Notes under the pieces: generated by a model
What the model was told of the DNA's origin: nothing
What the model saw: the letters and a program-made list of their open reading frames with translations, nothing else
The model's database searches: none
Made by a program: the position numbers and the translations under genes
Shown: one piece after another, positions 55,913-64,000 of the stretch
How the letters are laid out: every line of letters starts with the position of its first letter
Numbering within the stretch: position 1 is the stretch's first letter
Source: a virus
DNA length: 64,000 nucleotides
Reading direction: 5' to 3' (one strand)
Virus record (IMG/VR): IMGVR_UViG_3300010392_000400
Location: 5,629 to 69,628 of that record

Positions 55913-57732
55913 TAGCGCTCTCCATCGGGTTGTAACCTGACCCTCATATCCCCAATACGGAACTCCGCATTAGCCACGGTACACTGAACAAGGACGTTCA
56001 TCTGGCGACCTCTAAGTCGTACTGATTTCTTCCCTGTTGTCTCCGTGATGACTAGAGGACCCTTAGTAAACATCTCAGCTTCTTGTGGGTACTTCTTAGC
56101 GTCAAGGAATACTTTAACGGGGGCTGTTTGACGGAAGTCTGGGACGAACTGGTCCACAAACAACATCTTGTCGCCGTTAGCCCCTTCTTCGTTTAGCTGG
56201 ACTTCTCCAGAGCGTATGAAGGCACCCATGACATTGACCCCATCGTTATACCCTGTTTCGTGCTCTAGGTAAGCGTGGGATACGGAGACTGCTTCTGTAG
56301 CAATCGGGGTATCGAAAAGGTCTGACCCGTCCCACGTAGTCCGTACCATATTTCCGTCATAAAAGGTATCTTCAGAGTAATTGTACACAACGTACCTAGA
56401 GTTCTCTATGTTATCCCCAGCGGGGTAGAACCACCACAGTTCACCAAAGTCTGAGTTAACCCCACAGAAAACCTTTTCCTTTTGGTTCAAGTTTAATCGG
56501 TACGGATGATTCTGGGAGAACAAGGCTTCGTCTAAAGAACTTGCTAGCCTGCGTACCGTTCCGTCGTACACATAGAGTGATCCTGCAGCCATCCAGTATA
56601 GGAGGCCGTTGACCTCACACCCAGCGTTCATGCCTACCATGCCACAGTTACCACCTAGTCTATCAAATGAGTAGTAGTTAGGAGGACCTTCGTAGTTCAT
56701 AGCGTAAGAGCCTTCATCTGTGAAGATAACGTGTTGTTTCTTTGAGTCCATAGCTCCGACGATCTTAGAACCTACAGGAATACGGTAGTCTCCAGAGCCA
56801 TTTGTTACGGCTGCTGTCCACTCTGTGTAATCTTCTGTATCTGACCAACGAATAAGCATAGGGTCATAGTTCCCCCCTGCTACACAAGTGCCACAAAGGA
56901 CGACTTGGCGGGAAGGGTTGCTAAGGAACATGAAACTGTTCTCAGTAGGAGCGTTGTTGACTACGGAGGCTCTACCTCCAGCAGATGTTTCTCTGTAGTA
57001 CAAAGCGCCTTGTCTTTGACACGCTATGAGGTCTTCTCCCCAGTTAGCGAGGGACCATTGGCGAAGATCAGTGGCTACACCACCAGACCCAGCGAGACCG
57101 TAGAAACCATCTGAGTAAGAATCTGAGCCCCACCCAAAGAGGGCTCCGTTAGACTTTAGACCTGCTGTGATAAGAAATTGAAACGAAGTAGACACAGCAC
57201 TTTCAGAAGAATAACTCGAAACTGCTTCCTCCCGAAGGGATATGTCAAAGTGATCTGTGCCAGCAGACACAACACGGTACAGACCAACTGAGGCTGAGTG
57301 ATTTCCGTCTGTAAGGTACGTAGAGGTGCCAACGTGAACTAGATCGTTTGTTTGGGCTCCGTGCCCCGTAAGAGATACATTAGCTACCCTAGATGATGCT
57401 GTTCCTGAGAAAGCGGAGGCTGCTACGACAGAGGCCCGAAGAGGTGTAATATCTGCGAAGGCCCCACCTTCCTCGACCCAAAGGGAATTATGTGTTCCCA
57501 AGGCTACGAGTTTAGAGCCGTCTAGTGTGCTCCACGAGTGTACTGCTCGGGCAACTCCCCAATAGAAAGAGCCGTCGGTTGTCTTCTCAGACCATCCACC
57601 GATCTTCTCAGCGTTACCGTGAGAGAACCGCATCTTGTCTGCAGAGACCCATGACCCTTCGGCTTGGTACTCTGTGACATTCCTGTTGATGCCGGGTTGG
57701 ATGCGGAGTTTAGTGAGGGCTCCTTCGCTCAT
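55912..57732 (-). CDS. Tail nozzle / stabilisation protein (P22 gp10, T7 gp12-like)
   Basis: QPGIN..EKIGGW, WSLANWGEDL, DPMLIRWSD, FGELWWFYP, RTTW, RLRGRQ, QPDGER. Confidence 0.8.
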   Translation of the reverse strand: MSEGALTKLRIQPGINRNVTEYQAEGSWVSADKMRFSHGNAEKIGGWSEKTTDGSFYWGVARAVHSWSTLDGSKLVALGTHNSLWVEEGGAFADITPLRASVVAASAFSGTASSRVANVSLTGHGAQTNDLVHVGTSTYLTDGNHSASVGLYRVVSAGTDHFDISLREEAVSSYSSESAVSTSFQFLITAGLKSNGALFGWGSDSYSDGFYGLAGSGGVATDLRQWSLANWGEDLIACQRQGALYYRETSAGGRASVVNNAPTENSFMFLSNPSRQVVLCGTCVAGGNYDPMLIRWSDTEDYTEWTAAVTNGSGDYRIPVGSKIVGAMDSKKQHVIFTDEGSYAMNYEGPPNYYSFDRLGGNCGMVGMNAGCEVNGLLYWMAAGSLYVYDGTVRRLASSLDEALFSQNHPYRLNLNQKEKVFCGVNSDFGELWWFYPAGDNIENSRYVVYNYSEDTFYDGNMVRTTWDGSDLFDTPIATEAVSVSHAYLEHETGYNDGVNVMGAFIRSGEVQLNEEGANGDKMLFVDQFVPDFRQTAPVKVFLDAKKYPQEAEMFTKGPLVITETTGKKSVRLRGRQMNVLVQCTVANAEFRIGDMRVRLQPDGER

Positions 57733-57740
57733 GGGGCCTC

Positions 57741-58613
57741 CTACTCAGTAGCGCCTTGGAAGAAGTACCAAGCGTGGCTGTCGCTACCCTCCTGTTTGAT
57801 TACTTGGACAGCAGCACCAGCCCCATAGTTATTAAGACCTGTGTGTGCAGAAGTGTTCACGATGGAGGCAGATACCCCCGCGCCTGAGACGACCACCGCA
57901 GCGGTACCTAAACGAACCATAGTGATAGTCCAGCCCAGAGGCATGTTCACAGGGAGTACTTGATTAATAGATGTACTGTTTGTGTAAACAAAGGTACGGC
58001 CTGAGTCAGAAGAGGTAAACGTGTGTGGACCTGAAGAAGTTTTGACAGAGGCTTTGTACCCCTTAATTGTGTTTCCTTGGAAGTTATTACCTTGGTCGAG
58101 CCTTGCTACCGAGTTAGCCAGTTCCACGTCAATCTTAGATACGTGAGCCCGTAGTGACGTAATATCCTCTCGGAGGGCAGAGGACACACTTCCAACGTCC
58201 CAGCTCCTAGCTGCTTCGTACGCTCGGTTACCATCTGAGATTACTGCTCCTACGAAGTCCGAAGGAATCTTAAGAGTGTTACCTCCACCCCCTGGGGTCA
58301 TCTTCACCGAAGCTGTATTAGTAAACTTGTTTCGTACAAAGTATAGCTGAGGTGACGTAGGAAGGTTCAGGTTAACAACGGACGTTGGAGCCCCTGTAAG
58401 GATAAGGACCATGTGACGAGCGTCGTCGTCTACACCGTTTGCCTCACTTAAGGTAACGTCTCCAGCGGTTGTCCCAAAGGTAATAGACACTTGACCAGCA
58501 ATGGCAGCGTCTACTTGGTCTATCAACGAGTTAAGCTTGGTTCCCCAAGTGTTCTCGTTTTCTCCAATGCCTTGCTTTTCTAGTCTTAGACTGTCTGTAA
58601 ATGAACTACTCAT
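57741..58613 (-). CDS. Tail fibre/spike-like structural protein
   Basis: N-terminus MSSSFT..LRLEKQGIGENENTWGTKLN typical of tail appendage anchors. Confidence 0.65.
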   Translation of the reverse strand: MSSSFTDSLRLEKQGIGENENTWGTKLNSLIDQVDAAIAGQVSITFGTTAGDVTLSEANGVDDDARHMVLILTGAPTSVVNLNLPTSPQLYFVRNKFTNTASVKMTPGGGGNTLKIPSDFVGAVISDGNRAYEAARSWDVGSVSSALREDITSLRAHVSKIDVELANSVARLDQGNNFQGNTIKGYKASVKTSSGPHTFTSSDSGRTFVYTNSTSINQVLPVNMPLGWTITMVRLGTAAVVVSGAGVSASIVNTSAHTGLNNYGAGAAVQVIKQEGSDSHAWYFFQGATE

Positions 58614-58622
58614 GTGTTATCC

Positions 58623-59291
58623 TTAGTTTTCTCCGCTGAACGTATTGTTCACTTTTTGAGGGTTGCTAAGGGGTTCCGTAGAATCCCTGCGTGATCTTCG
58701 ACCCTCATTGTTCACAGCTTGGATTGCTTCCATATACCGAGTATCCCAAAGCTGTACTTGGCTCCATTGCTTTGAAAACTTGGCTACTTCGGACATTGTA
58801 GCAAAGTACAAGGCGTCTGGGTAGAAGTTCGTAAATACGTTAGTGGACACGGCAGCAGTTATCTTAGTAGGTTGAGCCTCGTGAGTCACAACAAGCTGGG
58901 AATTTCCATCGGGCGTAGGTGCGAGGAGAAACGCCGAAACATTGGCATCTGCGTAGTACACGGGGGTTCCCCCTGAAGCTTCGTAAGGCCAATAGTACTC
59001 ACAGTAGGACCTTGTCCGTTTTCGTAGGACCTTTCGGTCTCCGTTAGCCTTTTTGAACAGAACTTCGTGCCCTACCCGGTACCCTGAAGGTTTATCTACA
59101 AATCTGTTACCGTTTGTTGCAGAGACTGTCGTTGTCACTAGGAGGACTTGGGAGTCCATCTCCCGTGTCATACGATCCTCAGCCAGCCCAATAGCTGTAG
59201 GAATAAACGCACGAAATTCAGTGGAATCGTCCTCTTGCGTGTTAACCACAGCGGATACTAGCGTTGTGTAGTTTGAGATGATCTCTGCCAT
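58623..59291 (-). CDS. Head-tail adaptor (tail tubular A-like)
   Basis: NYTTL, FIPTAIGLAEDR, GTPVYYA, LAPTPD, PDALYFA. Confidence 0.78.
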   Translation of the reverse strand: MAEIISNYTTLVSAVVNTQEDDSTEFRAFIPTAIGLAEDRMTREMDSQVLLVTTTVSATNGNRFVDKPSGYRVGHEVLFKKANGDRKVLRKRTRSYCEYYWPYEASGGTPVYYADANVSAFLLAPTPDGNSQLVVTHEAQPTKITAAVSTNVFTNFYPDALYFATMSEVAKFSKQWSQVQLWDTRYMEAIQAVNNEGRRSRRDSTEPLSNPQKVNNTFSGEN

Positions 59292-59301
59292 AATGGGTCC
59301 T

Positions 59302-60192
59302 TTAAGTCCTCAGTATATCACGGACCACAGGGGTAGACAACGCATGGTCTAGCTGCTCTGTAGTTGTAACCCCTAGGACAAGATTCTTAGTAAAAGGCTT
59401 ACGAATTACGTAGTCTATAGCGACTTGAACAGGGGAGATTCCTAGGGATTCTGCTCTGGCTATTACTTCGTCTACTATAGGAGATTCCTTTAAATGACTA
59501 ATGTCAACCCCAAAGTTGTCTCGGAGCCAAGGGAGCCTAGAGCCTTTAGGGAGAGCCCCATCTAAGTATTTTCCAGAGAATGACCCGTACCTAAGGACAC
59601 CGTAGGCCATCAAAGGCACTGGTGCTTGGCCTACCCCAGTAGGGTCAACTCCATAGGAATACCTGTTCTGTACGATACTAGGGGGAGGTGCGTTGAGCCT
59701 CTTAGAGGCATCTACGTACATCTCATAGCCTTCGTACGAGGTGTTGCTAAGACCCCACGAAAGAATCTTTCCCTCTTGCATCAGCTCCTTCATAGTCCCT
59801 GCTACGTCTTCTACCTCGTCTGGTTTGTTTGATATCCAATGGAGCATATAGCAGTCTATACAAGGAAGGCCAAGACGTTCCATGGACCCTTCAAGAGCAA
59901 GACGTATCTCGTCTCTGTCTAAGGTGGTCTTGCCTCCTCGGAAGACGTCACCAGGGCCAAAGACCTTGGTATTAATAAGGATATCTTTTAGGTCCCTTGA
60001 TCTGATCCAGTCACCTAGTAAGAACTCTGTCTGTCCGTGGGTCGCAGGCCTCATAACCGTAGGGTACCCTTCAGCGGTATCTAAGAACCTTAGGCCCTTC
60101 TCATAAGCTTTGTCTAGGACTTTGAAGCTCTCATCCTTAGAAAGCTGAGACCCCATTGTACACGTACCTAAGGACAACTTTGGAAAGATCAC
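59302..60192 (-). CDS. Aldo-keto reductase (Tas-like)
   Basis: LSLGTCTMG, FLDTAEGYP, TKV, SMERL..IDCYMLHW, GKILSWGLSN, IVQNRYS, AYGVL. Confidence 0.9.
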   Translation of the reverse strand: MIFPKLSLGTCTMGSQLSKDESFKVLDKAYEKGLRFLDTAEGYPTVMRPATHGQTEFLLGDWIRSRDLKDILINTKVFGPGDVFRGGKTTLDRDEIRLALEGSMERLGLPCIDCYMLHWISNKPDEVEDVAGTMKELMQEGKILSWGLSNTSYEGYEMYVDASKRLNAPPPSIVQNRYSYGVDPTGVGQAPVPLMAYGVLRYGSFSGKYLDGALPKGSRLPWLRDNFGVDISHLKESPIVDEVIARAESLGISPVQVAIDYVIRKPFTKNLVLGVTTTEQLDHALSTPVVRDILRT

Positions 60193-60893
60193 GTAGAAGG
60201 CCCCCTGTCAAATTGGTCTACAAAGAGATCACGATGTGCTCTGTGTAACGGTGCGTAGTATTGACCTAGAAGGACATGTCTAGAGCCTTTAGTGACTTCG
60301 CGTACTAAGTGCTTCATAGGCGCGGGAAAGCAAAGAACATCCCCTGTGGTAGACTTAATAACTTTGTTCTCTGAGGGAAACTCAAGTTCGCCACCTTCGT
60401 ACTCTGAGGAATCCGACAGGCCGATGACTACCATGAGAACTCGGCAAACATCTCTGCCTTTTACCTTGAAGTCGTAGTTGAAGTTCCCTCCGTCACTGTG
60501 GATTAGGAAGAAGTCCCCTTTGCCGTACTTAATCACCTGTCCGTTCTGCCCAAAGAACCACTCATCAAAGTACTGTGGAAATCTCTCCCACCACTCTTCT
60601 GCGAAGACACCCGCCTTTTCCATGTAATCCCAGAACTCTTCGTTATGGGTTTTGTCCATGAGAGTTACGGAACTTCTTCGTCCTTCATCGTCTCTAGCGA
60701 CTAAGGGGTACTTGCCGTGTTCATCTGGTTCAGCGTCAAAGTCAGCTGCAAGGATTTTAGCCTTAGTGTACTCAAGGCTCTTTGCCTTCTCTACGAGTTC
60801 TTTAGGTACATCTAGGTGTCCAAAGACGAAGGGCTCCTTAGAGCGTACTTCGCCTTCGAGGTAGACCTTTGAGGCTTCCTTTAGTGAGTACAT
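60189..60893 (-). CDS. 2OG-Fe(II) oxygenase
   Basis: KY..GDFF..HSD, SEYEGGELEF, FP..MKHLVREVTKGSR. Confidence 0.88.
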   Translation of the reverse strand: MYSLKEASKVYLEGEVRSKEPFVFGHLDVPKELVEKAKSLEYTKAKILAADFDAEPDEHGKYPLVARDDEGRRSSVTLMDKTHNEEFWDYMEKAGVFAEEWWERFPQYFDEWFFGQNGQVIKYGKGDFFLIHSDGGNFNYDFKVKGRDVCRVLMVVIGLSDSSEYEGGELEFPSENKVIKSTTGDVLCFPAPMKHLVREVTKGSRHVLLGQYYAPLHRAHRDLFVDQFDRGPST

Positions 60894-61393
60894 TAGGCAG
60901 TTACCGTTGTTTCAGTTGTTACCGTTGTAACCGTAGTTCCTCCACCACTTTGGGAAGTACAACTAATCTTGTAGTACCCCGTTCCTCTTACAACTTGTTC
61001 TTGGGCATCTCTAATTTCAATCTTTAACACAATATCAATCGTAGAGCTGTCCTCGTCCGAATTGCTTAGAATATACGAGATGTCAGAGCTCAACGCTTCC
61101 CAAGTGGCAAGGCTCCCTGTCCCTAAAGAAGACTCTGTGCCAGATTCCTTTGTAGCTCTAATTTCGTATGAGTTACCTGGATTCCCTGTAGGAGGGTCGT
61201 GCCAATCATCGTAGTCTGTGTTCCACGCCCCTTCTCGTTGGTCCGTAGTGCCATCTGTCTTGAACTTCCACCCAGCCGTAGCTGTACCCGTAGTTGTCCT
61301 CTCAGCCTCTTCTGGAGACTCTGAGGTCCCTAGGAGACTTATGGGAAATACCTGTTTGAACCCGTCGATCCAACCTGCTAAAAAAAGAGCCAT
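60893..61393 (-). CDS. Tail-associated beta-rich protein with Thr-rich C-terminal peptide
   Basis: 166 aa ending SGGGTTVTTVTTETTVTA. Confidence 0.65.
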   Translation of the reverse strand: MALFLAGWIDGFKQVFPISLLGTSESPEEAERTTTGTATAGWKFKTDGTTDQREGAWNTDYDDWHDPPTGNPGNSYEIRATKESGTESSLGTGSLATWEALSSDISYILSNSDEDSSTIDIVLKIEIRDAQEQVVRGTGYYKISCTSQSGGGTTVTTVTTETTVTA

Positions 61394-61396
61394 ATC

Positions 61397-62143
61397 CTAT
61401 CCTCCGCTCACTACAACGCCAATTATTTGGCTCTCTACTGTGCCACTCATCGTCTGCCCAAAAGCACAAGAAACATCATGAGATGCTCTTGTTACCCCAG
61501 AAGCAGAAACCTTCGCCGTAGTTAAGACAGCACCGTTGCCACTCCAATCCTCTTGGAGTGTTGCCCCGCCCCATGTAGCTGACGCTGCTATTGAAACATT
61601 CCCAAAGATATTAGTCTGGTAAGCCGCTTCTGCACTCGCAGGAATTGCCTGGGTTAACATATGGTTATTCGAGGCCCCTGAAGTGCCTGAAGTTGCCGCA
61701 GCAATAAACGAAGGCGTAAGATTAGGGGAATGAACAACCCAAGAAGACATAGTTCCGTGTCTTGCGTCACCTGACGCCGCCATAGACACAGAGACAATAG
61801 CTGAAGAAGTCCCTTCTGCCAATTCGATGTGCCACGCGGAAGAATTCAAAGTGTCTTGTATGCCCTGTTTAATATTTGTTGCTTCAGAGCCGTTTACGAG
61901 CACCTGTCGAACAGAGGTATTCGTTCCGGCGCCCGCTCTTATGCACAGTAAAAACAGAGCTTCATAGCTTCCCTGGCTAATGCCACTATTCACGTTCACG
62001 CTATCAAACCACAGATTAATTTGACCGAGGGCGCCACCTATGTCATTATAGAAATTACGGTAGGATAAAAGGTTAGCGCTCACAGCTCCAGCACCTGCGA
62101 CTACATCTGGCGCTAGTGGGGGATTAGTATACATTAGGACCAC
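61397..62143 (-). CDS. Putative tail fibre/receptor-binding accessory protein
   Basis: 248 aa, A/S/G-rich beta-type composition, tail region. Confidence 0.55.
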   Translation of the reverse strand: MVLMYTNPPLAPDVVAGAGAVSANLLSYRNFYNDIGGALGQINLWFDSVNVNSGISQGSYEALFLLCIRAGAGTNTSVRQVLVNGSEATNIKQGIQDTLNSSAWHIELAEGTSSAIVSVSMAASGDARHGTMSSWVVHSPNLTPSFIAAATSGTSGASNNHMLTQAIPASAEAAYQTNIFGNVSIAASATWGGATLQEDWSGNGAVLTTAKVSASGVTRASHDVSCAFGQTMSGTVESQIIGVVVSGG

Positions 62144-62658
62144 CTTGCATCAGCATCGTAATCATCAGGAATTGGGCTAAGATTTTTAATGTCTTTGCTT
62201 TTCTGTCGCAGTGTTTTCAAGGTCTGCCAACCTGTTTTAATACGATTCCATCGAGTCTGCTGCGCCTGTGTAAGAGTGCCACCAGCATCTTTGATTTCCT
62301 TTAGTTCAAGGTAATCTTGAAAGGCTTCAAATTGTACGCGCAGAGTAATGTTAAGATTGCTAACCCGCCGCTCGAACTCTTCTTCTACGTCATCTTCATC
62401 AGGCCAGGCAACTCTTTCACTTGTAGCGACCCTAGTGACTTCGTTACCATCAAAGGTATCTTGCCATCCTGTCTTTCTGTGGTACTTAGGAGTATCCTTA
62501 GAGATTGCTATAGAAACTACCATTTCATCTCCGTTGAATTGCCCGGCAAGGCCAGGAGACACCGTATCCCCTGAAGCCCAAAAAATTCTCTTCGGCACAT
62601 AATCCCAAGGCCCTTGGGTAATCTTGCTTAGTTGAGTATCCCAAATACAATACGTCAT
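62134..62658 (-). CDS. Putative tail fibre assembly chaperone
   Basis: Downstream of fibre; ends PIPDDYDADARWS. Confidence 0.6.
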   Translation of the reverse strand: MTYCIWDTQLSKITQGPWDYVPKRIFWASGDTVSPGLAGQFNGDEMVVSIAISKDTPKYHRKTGWQDTFDGNEVTRVATSERVAWPDEDDVEEEFERRVSNLNITLRVQFEAFQDYLELKEIKDAGGTLTQAQQTRWNRIKTGWQTLKTLRQKSKDIKNLSPIPDDYDADARWS

Positions 62659-64000
62659 TGCATCGCCTTCACATTCAAGTGGCTATAGTTTGCCCCGTCA
62701 TTCTCAGTAGTCTGGGCATAGCAGATAAAGTGAGAACCCACAGAGGTGTCAAAGGCATCCCCGTCCACCAAGACCCAGCCTGAGGTTGTTATCGCCCCCG
62801 CGCCCGTGGAGTTACTGATTATCATCGTAACATAACCTGTCTGTGTATCCGGGGCCAGTGTATGTGCCCCCATGTTGTTGTATGCCTGCATAGGTCTCAA
62901 GCCATAATCCAAAGTATGCGTTCCTGTGCTTACATCCCCTATATCGTAGACAGAGACCAAAGCACCCCCGGTGATGATTTGTCCTGTGTCTTTCTTGGTA
63001 AGACCGTGAGCAATACTAAGAGCAACGGAGGCAAAGGAAGATACTCTCATACGTTTTTCTTTGCTAAGAGCATCCATGACAACAATCTGAGAATGGCCAC
63101 GTTGTCCCCAGTCTGCCACTGTGCAAGAAGCAAAGGTTTCCATGTCCCATTTAAGATGCGCTTGCCCACTCCCAGGAGAGCCTTGTTCTTGGAAGGTAAG
63201 GCCTTGACCTACGCTAAGTTTAAAGCCTCGTGTACTTGTCGCGTCTGTAGACGTTAAAATAGCATTTGAAAGAACATTGTCCTGCTTGGAGACTACCCCA
63301 GTGATACTTGTGTATTCCGTAAGCTGAGCAGAGGTAAGGTGGTAATACTCATCCGTAGTTCCGCCTTGTAAGCCTCCCAAGTCACCGTGGTCAGATGCGA
63401 CACCGGGTGAAAAGACCGTATCAAAGGCACTCTCGATATCTGTGAAGGTTGCTGCACTTTTCTTAATGATGATCTTGGAACAAAGAATAGCATGGAGACC
63501 TGTGATTTGTAGGGGAAGAGACGCGGGTGTAGTAGCATTCTCAGCTTCCGTAAGAGTATATGTGTCTGTCCCGTAGACAACCAGAGTTTCCCCGTCGATT
63601 GTCTTGTAAACCCAGTGAACCCCGTATTGGTTATTTGATAGGGTAGCTAAAGTTCCAGAGCCATCATCGTACTGTGTGTTATCTATGGCAGCCTGTGATG
63701 TTACTTCGGTAAAGCCCCCCGATCCATCACTATAGAAGTACGAGAACCTGTCTGCTCCAGAAGAATCAAAAGCGGCTAAAGAGTACGTTGTAAGAGCCAG
63801 CCAAACTGTCCCCGCCGTAATTGATATATTTCTTGTTCCTGTCTCAGCAGTTGCTAAGCCTGATTGCCGAGTCACCCCATTAACAAGAGCAAGGCGTCTA
63901 GCAAGTTTCTGCCCTACCTGCCCCGGAGGCACATTGACGTTAGAAAGGTGCAAGGAATTACCATCTCTGTAAACGACTCCTACGATTACATTCTGGTACA
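62655..64000 (-). CDS. Tail fibre protein, C-terminal part (frame is open to the window edge)
   Basis: TQYDDGSGTLATL, DHGDLGGLQGGTTDEYYHLT, NMGAHTLAP; no stop between 63953 and 64000 in frame. Confidence 0.75.
   Translation of the reverse strand, partial: YQNVIVGVVYRDGNSLHLSNVNVPPGQVGQKLARRLALVNGVTRQSGLATAETGTRNISITAGTVWLALTTYSLAAFDSSGADRFSYFYSDGSGGFTEVTSQAAIDNTQYDDGSGTLATLSNNQYGVHWVYKTIDGETLVVYGTDTYTLTEAENATTPASLPLQITGLHAILCSKIIIKKSAATFTDIESAFDTVFSPGVASDHGDLGGLQGGTTDEYYHLTSAQLTEYTSITGVVSKQDNVLSNAILTSTDATSTRGFKLSVGQGLTFQEQGSPGSGQAHLKWDMETFASCTVADWGQRGHSQIVVMDALSKEKRMRVSSFASVALSIAHGLTKKDTGQIITGGALVSVYDIGDVSTGTHTLDYGLRPMQAYNNMGAHTLAPDTQTGYVTMIISNSTGAGAITTSGWVLVDGDAFDTSVGSHFICYAQTTENDGANYSHLNVKAMQ

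Noticed and set aside
1002-64000. Stop-codon reassignment or introns/inteins in TerL, PolA or RNR
   Set aside because: Core genes are full length and uninterrupted in the standard code

Overview
The window is most of the genome of a lytic short-tailed (podovirus-like) dsDNA phage, probably infecting an alphaproteobacterium (inference). There is no integrase, CRISPR array or RNA polymerase in the window. Minus strand 1-6175 holds the head and packaging genes (partial scaffold, GroES, portal, TerL, TerS). About 6230-6520 is a likely genome-end region. Plus strand 6.7-40.6 kb carries early small genes, structured non-coding RNAs, rIIA/rIIB, a T7-like replication set (primase-helicase, PolA, SSB, exonuclease, endonuclease I), class II RNR, a glycosyltransferase/methyltransferase cluster and an endolysin. 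Minus strand 40.7-64 kb carries the holin, internal/ejection proteins, a GNAT, and tail nozzle, adaptor and fibre genes. The strongest unexplained signal is a peptide tag, [YF]-[AQK]-[DNE]-G-G-x-[VI], present about 14 times in three proteins. It punctuates a 1589-aa ejection protein into modules, one of them bounded by a 45-bp DNA repeat. A neighbouring 103-aa gene encodes, alone, the D-x-I-x-A-x-V-S-E-G-E-Y-V domain that normally follows that motif in cis in tape-measure proteins. This suggests a trans-acting tag/reader system for cargo processing or loading. Other signals are a ~560-nt structured RNA, two aberrant tRNA-like RNAs, a Thr-rich tail peptide coupled to a 2OG oxygenase and an aldo-keto reductase, and repeated gene insertions flanked by duplicated gene starts. 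All functional calls come from motif recognition by eye; no searches were run.
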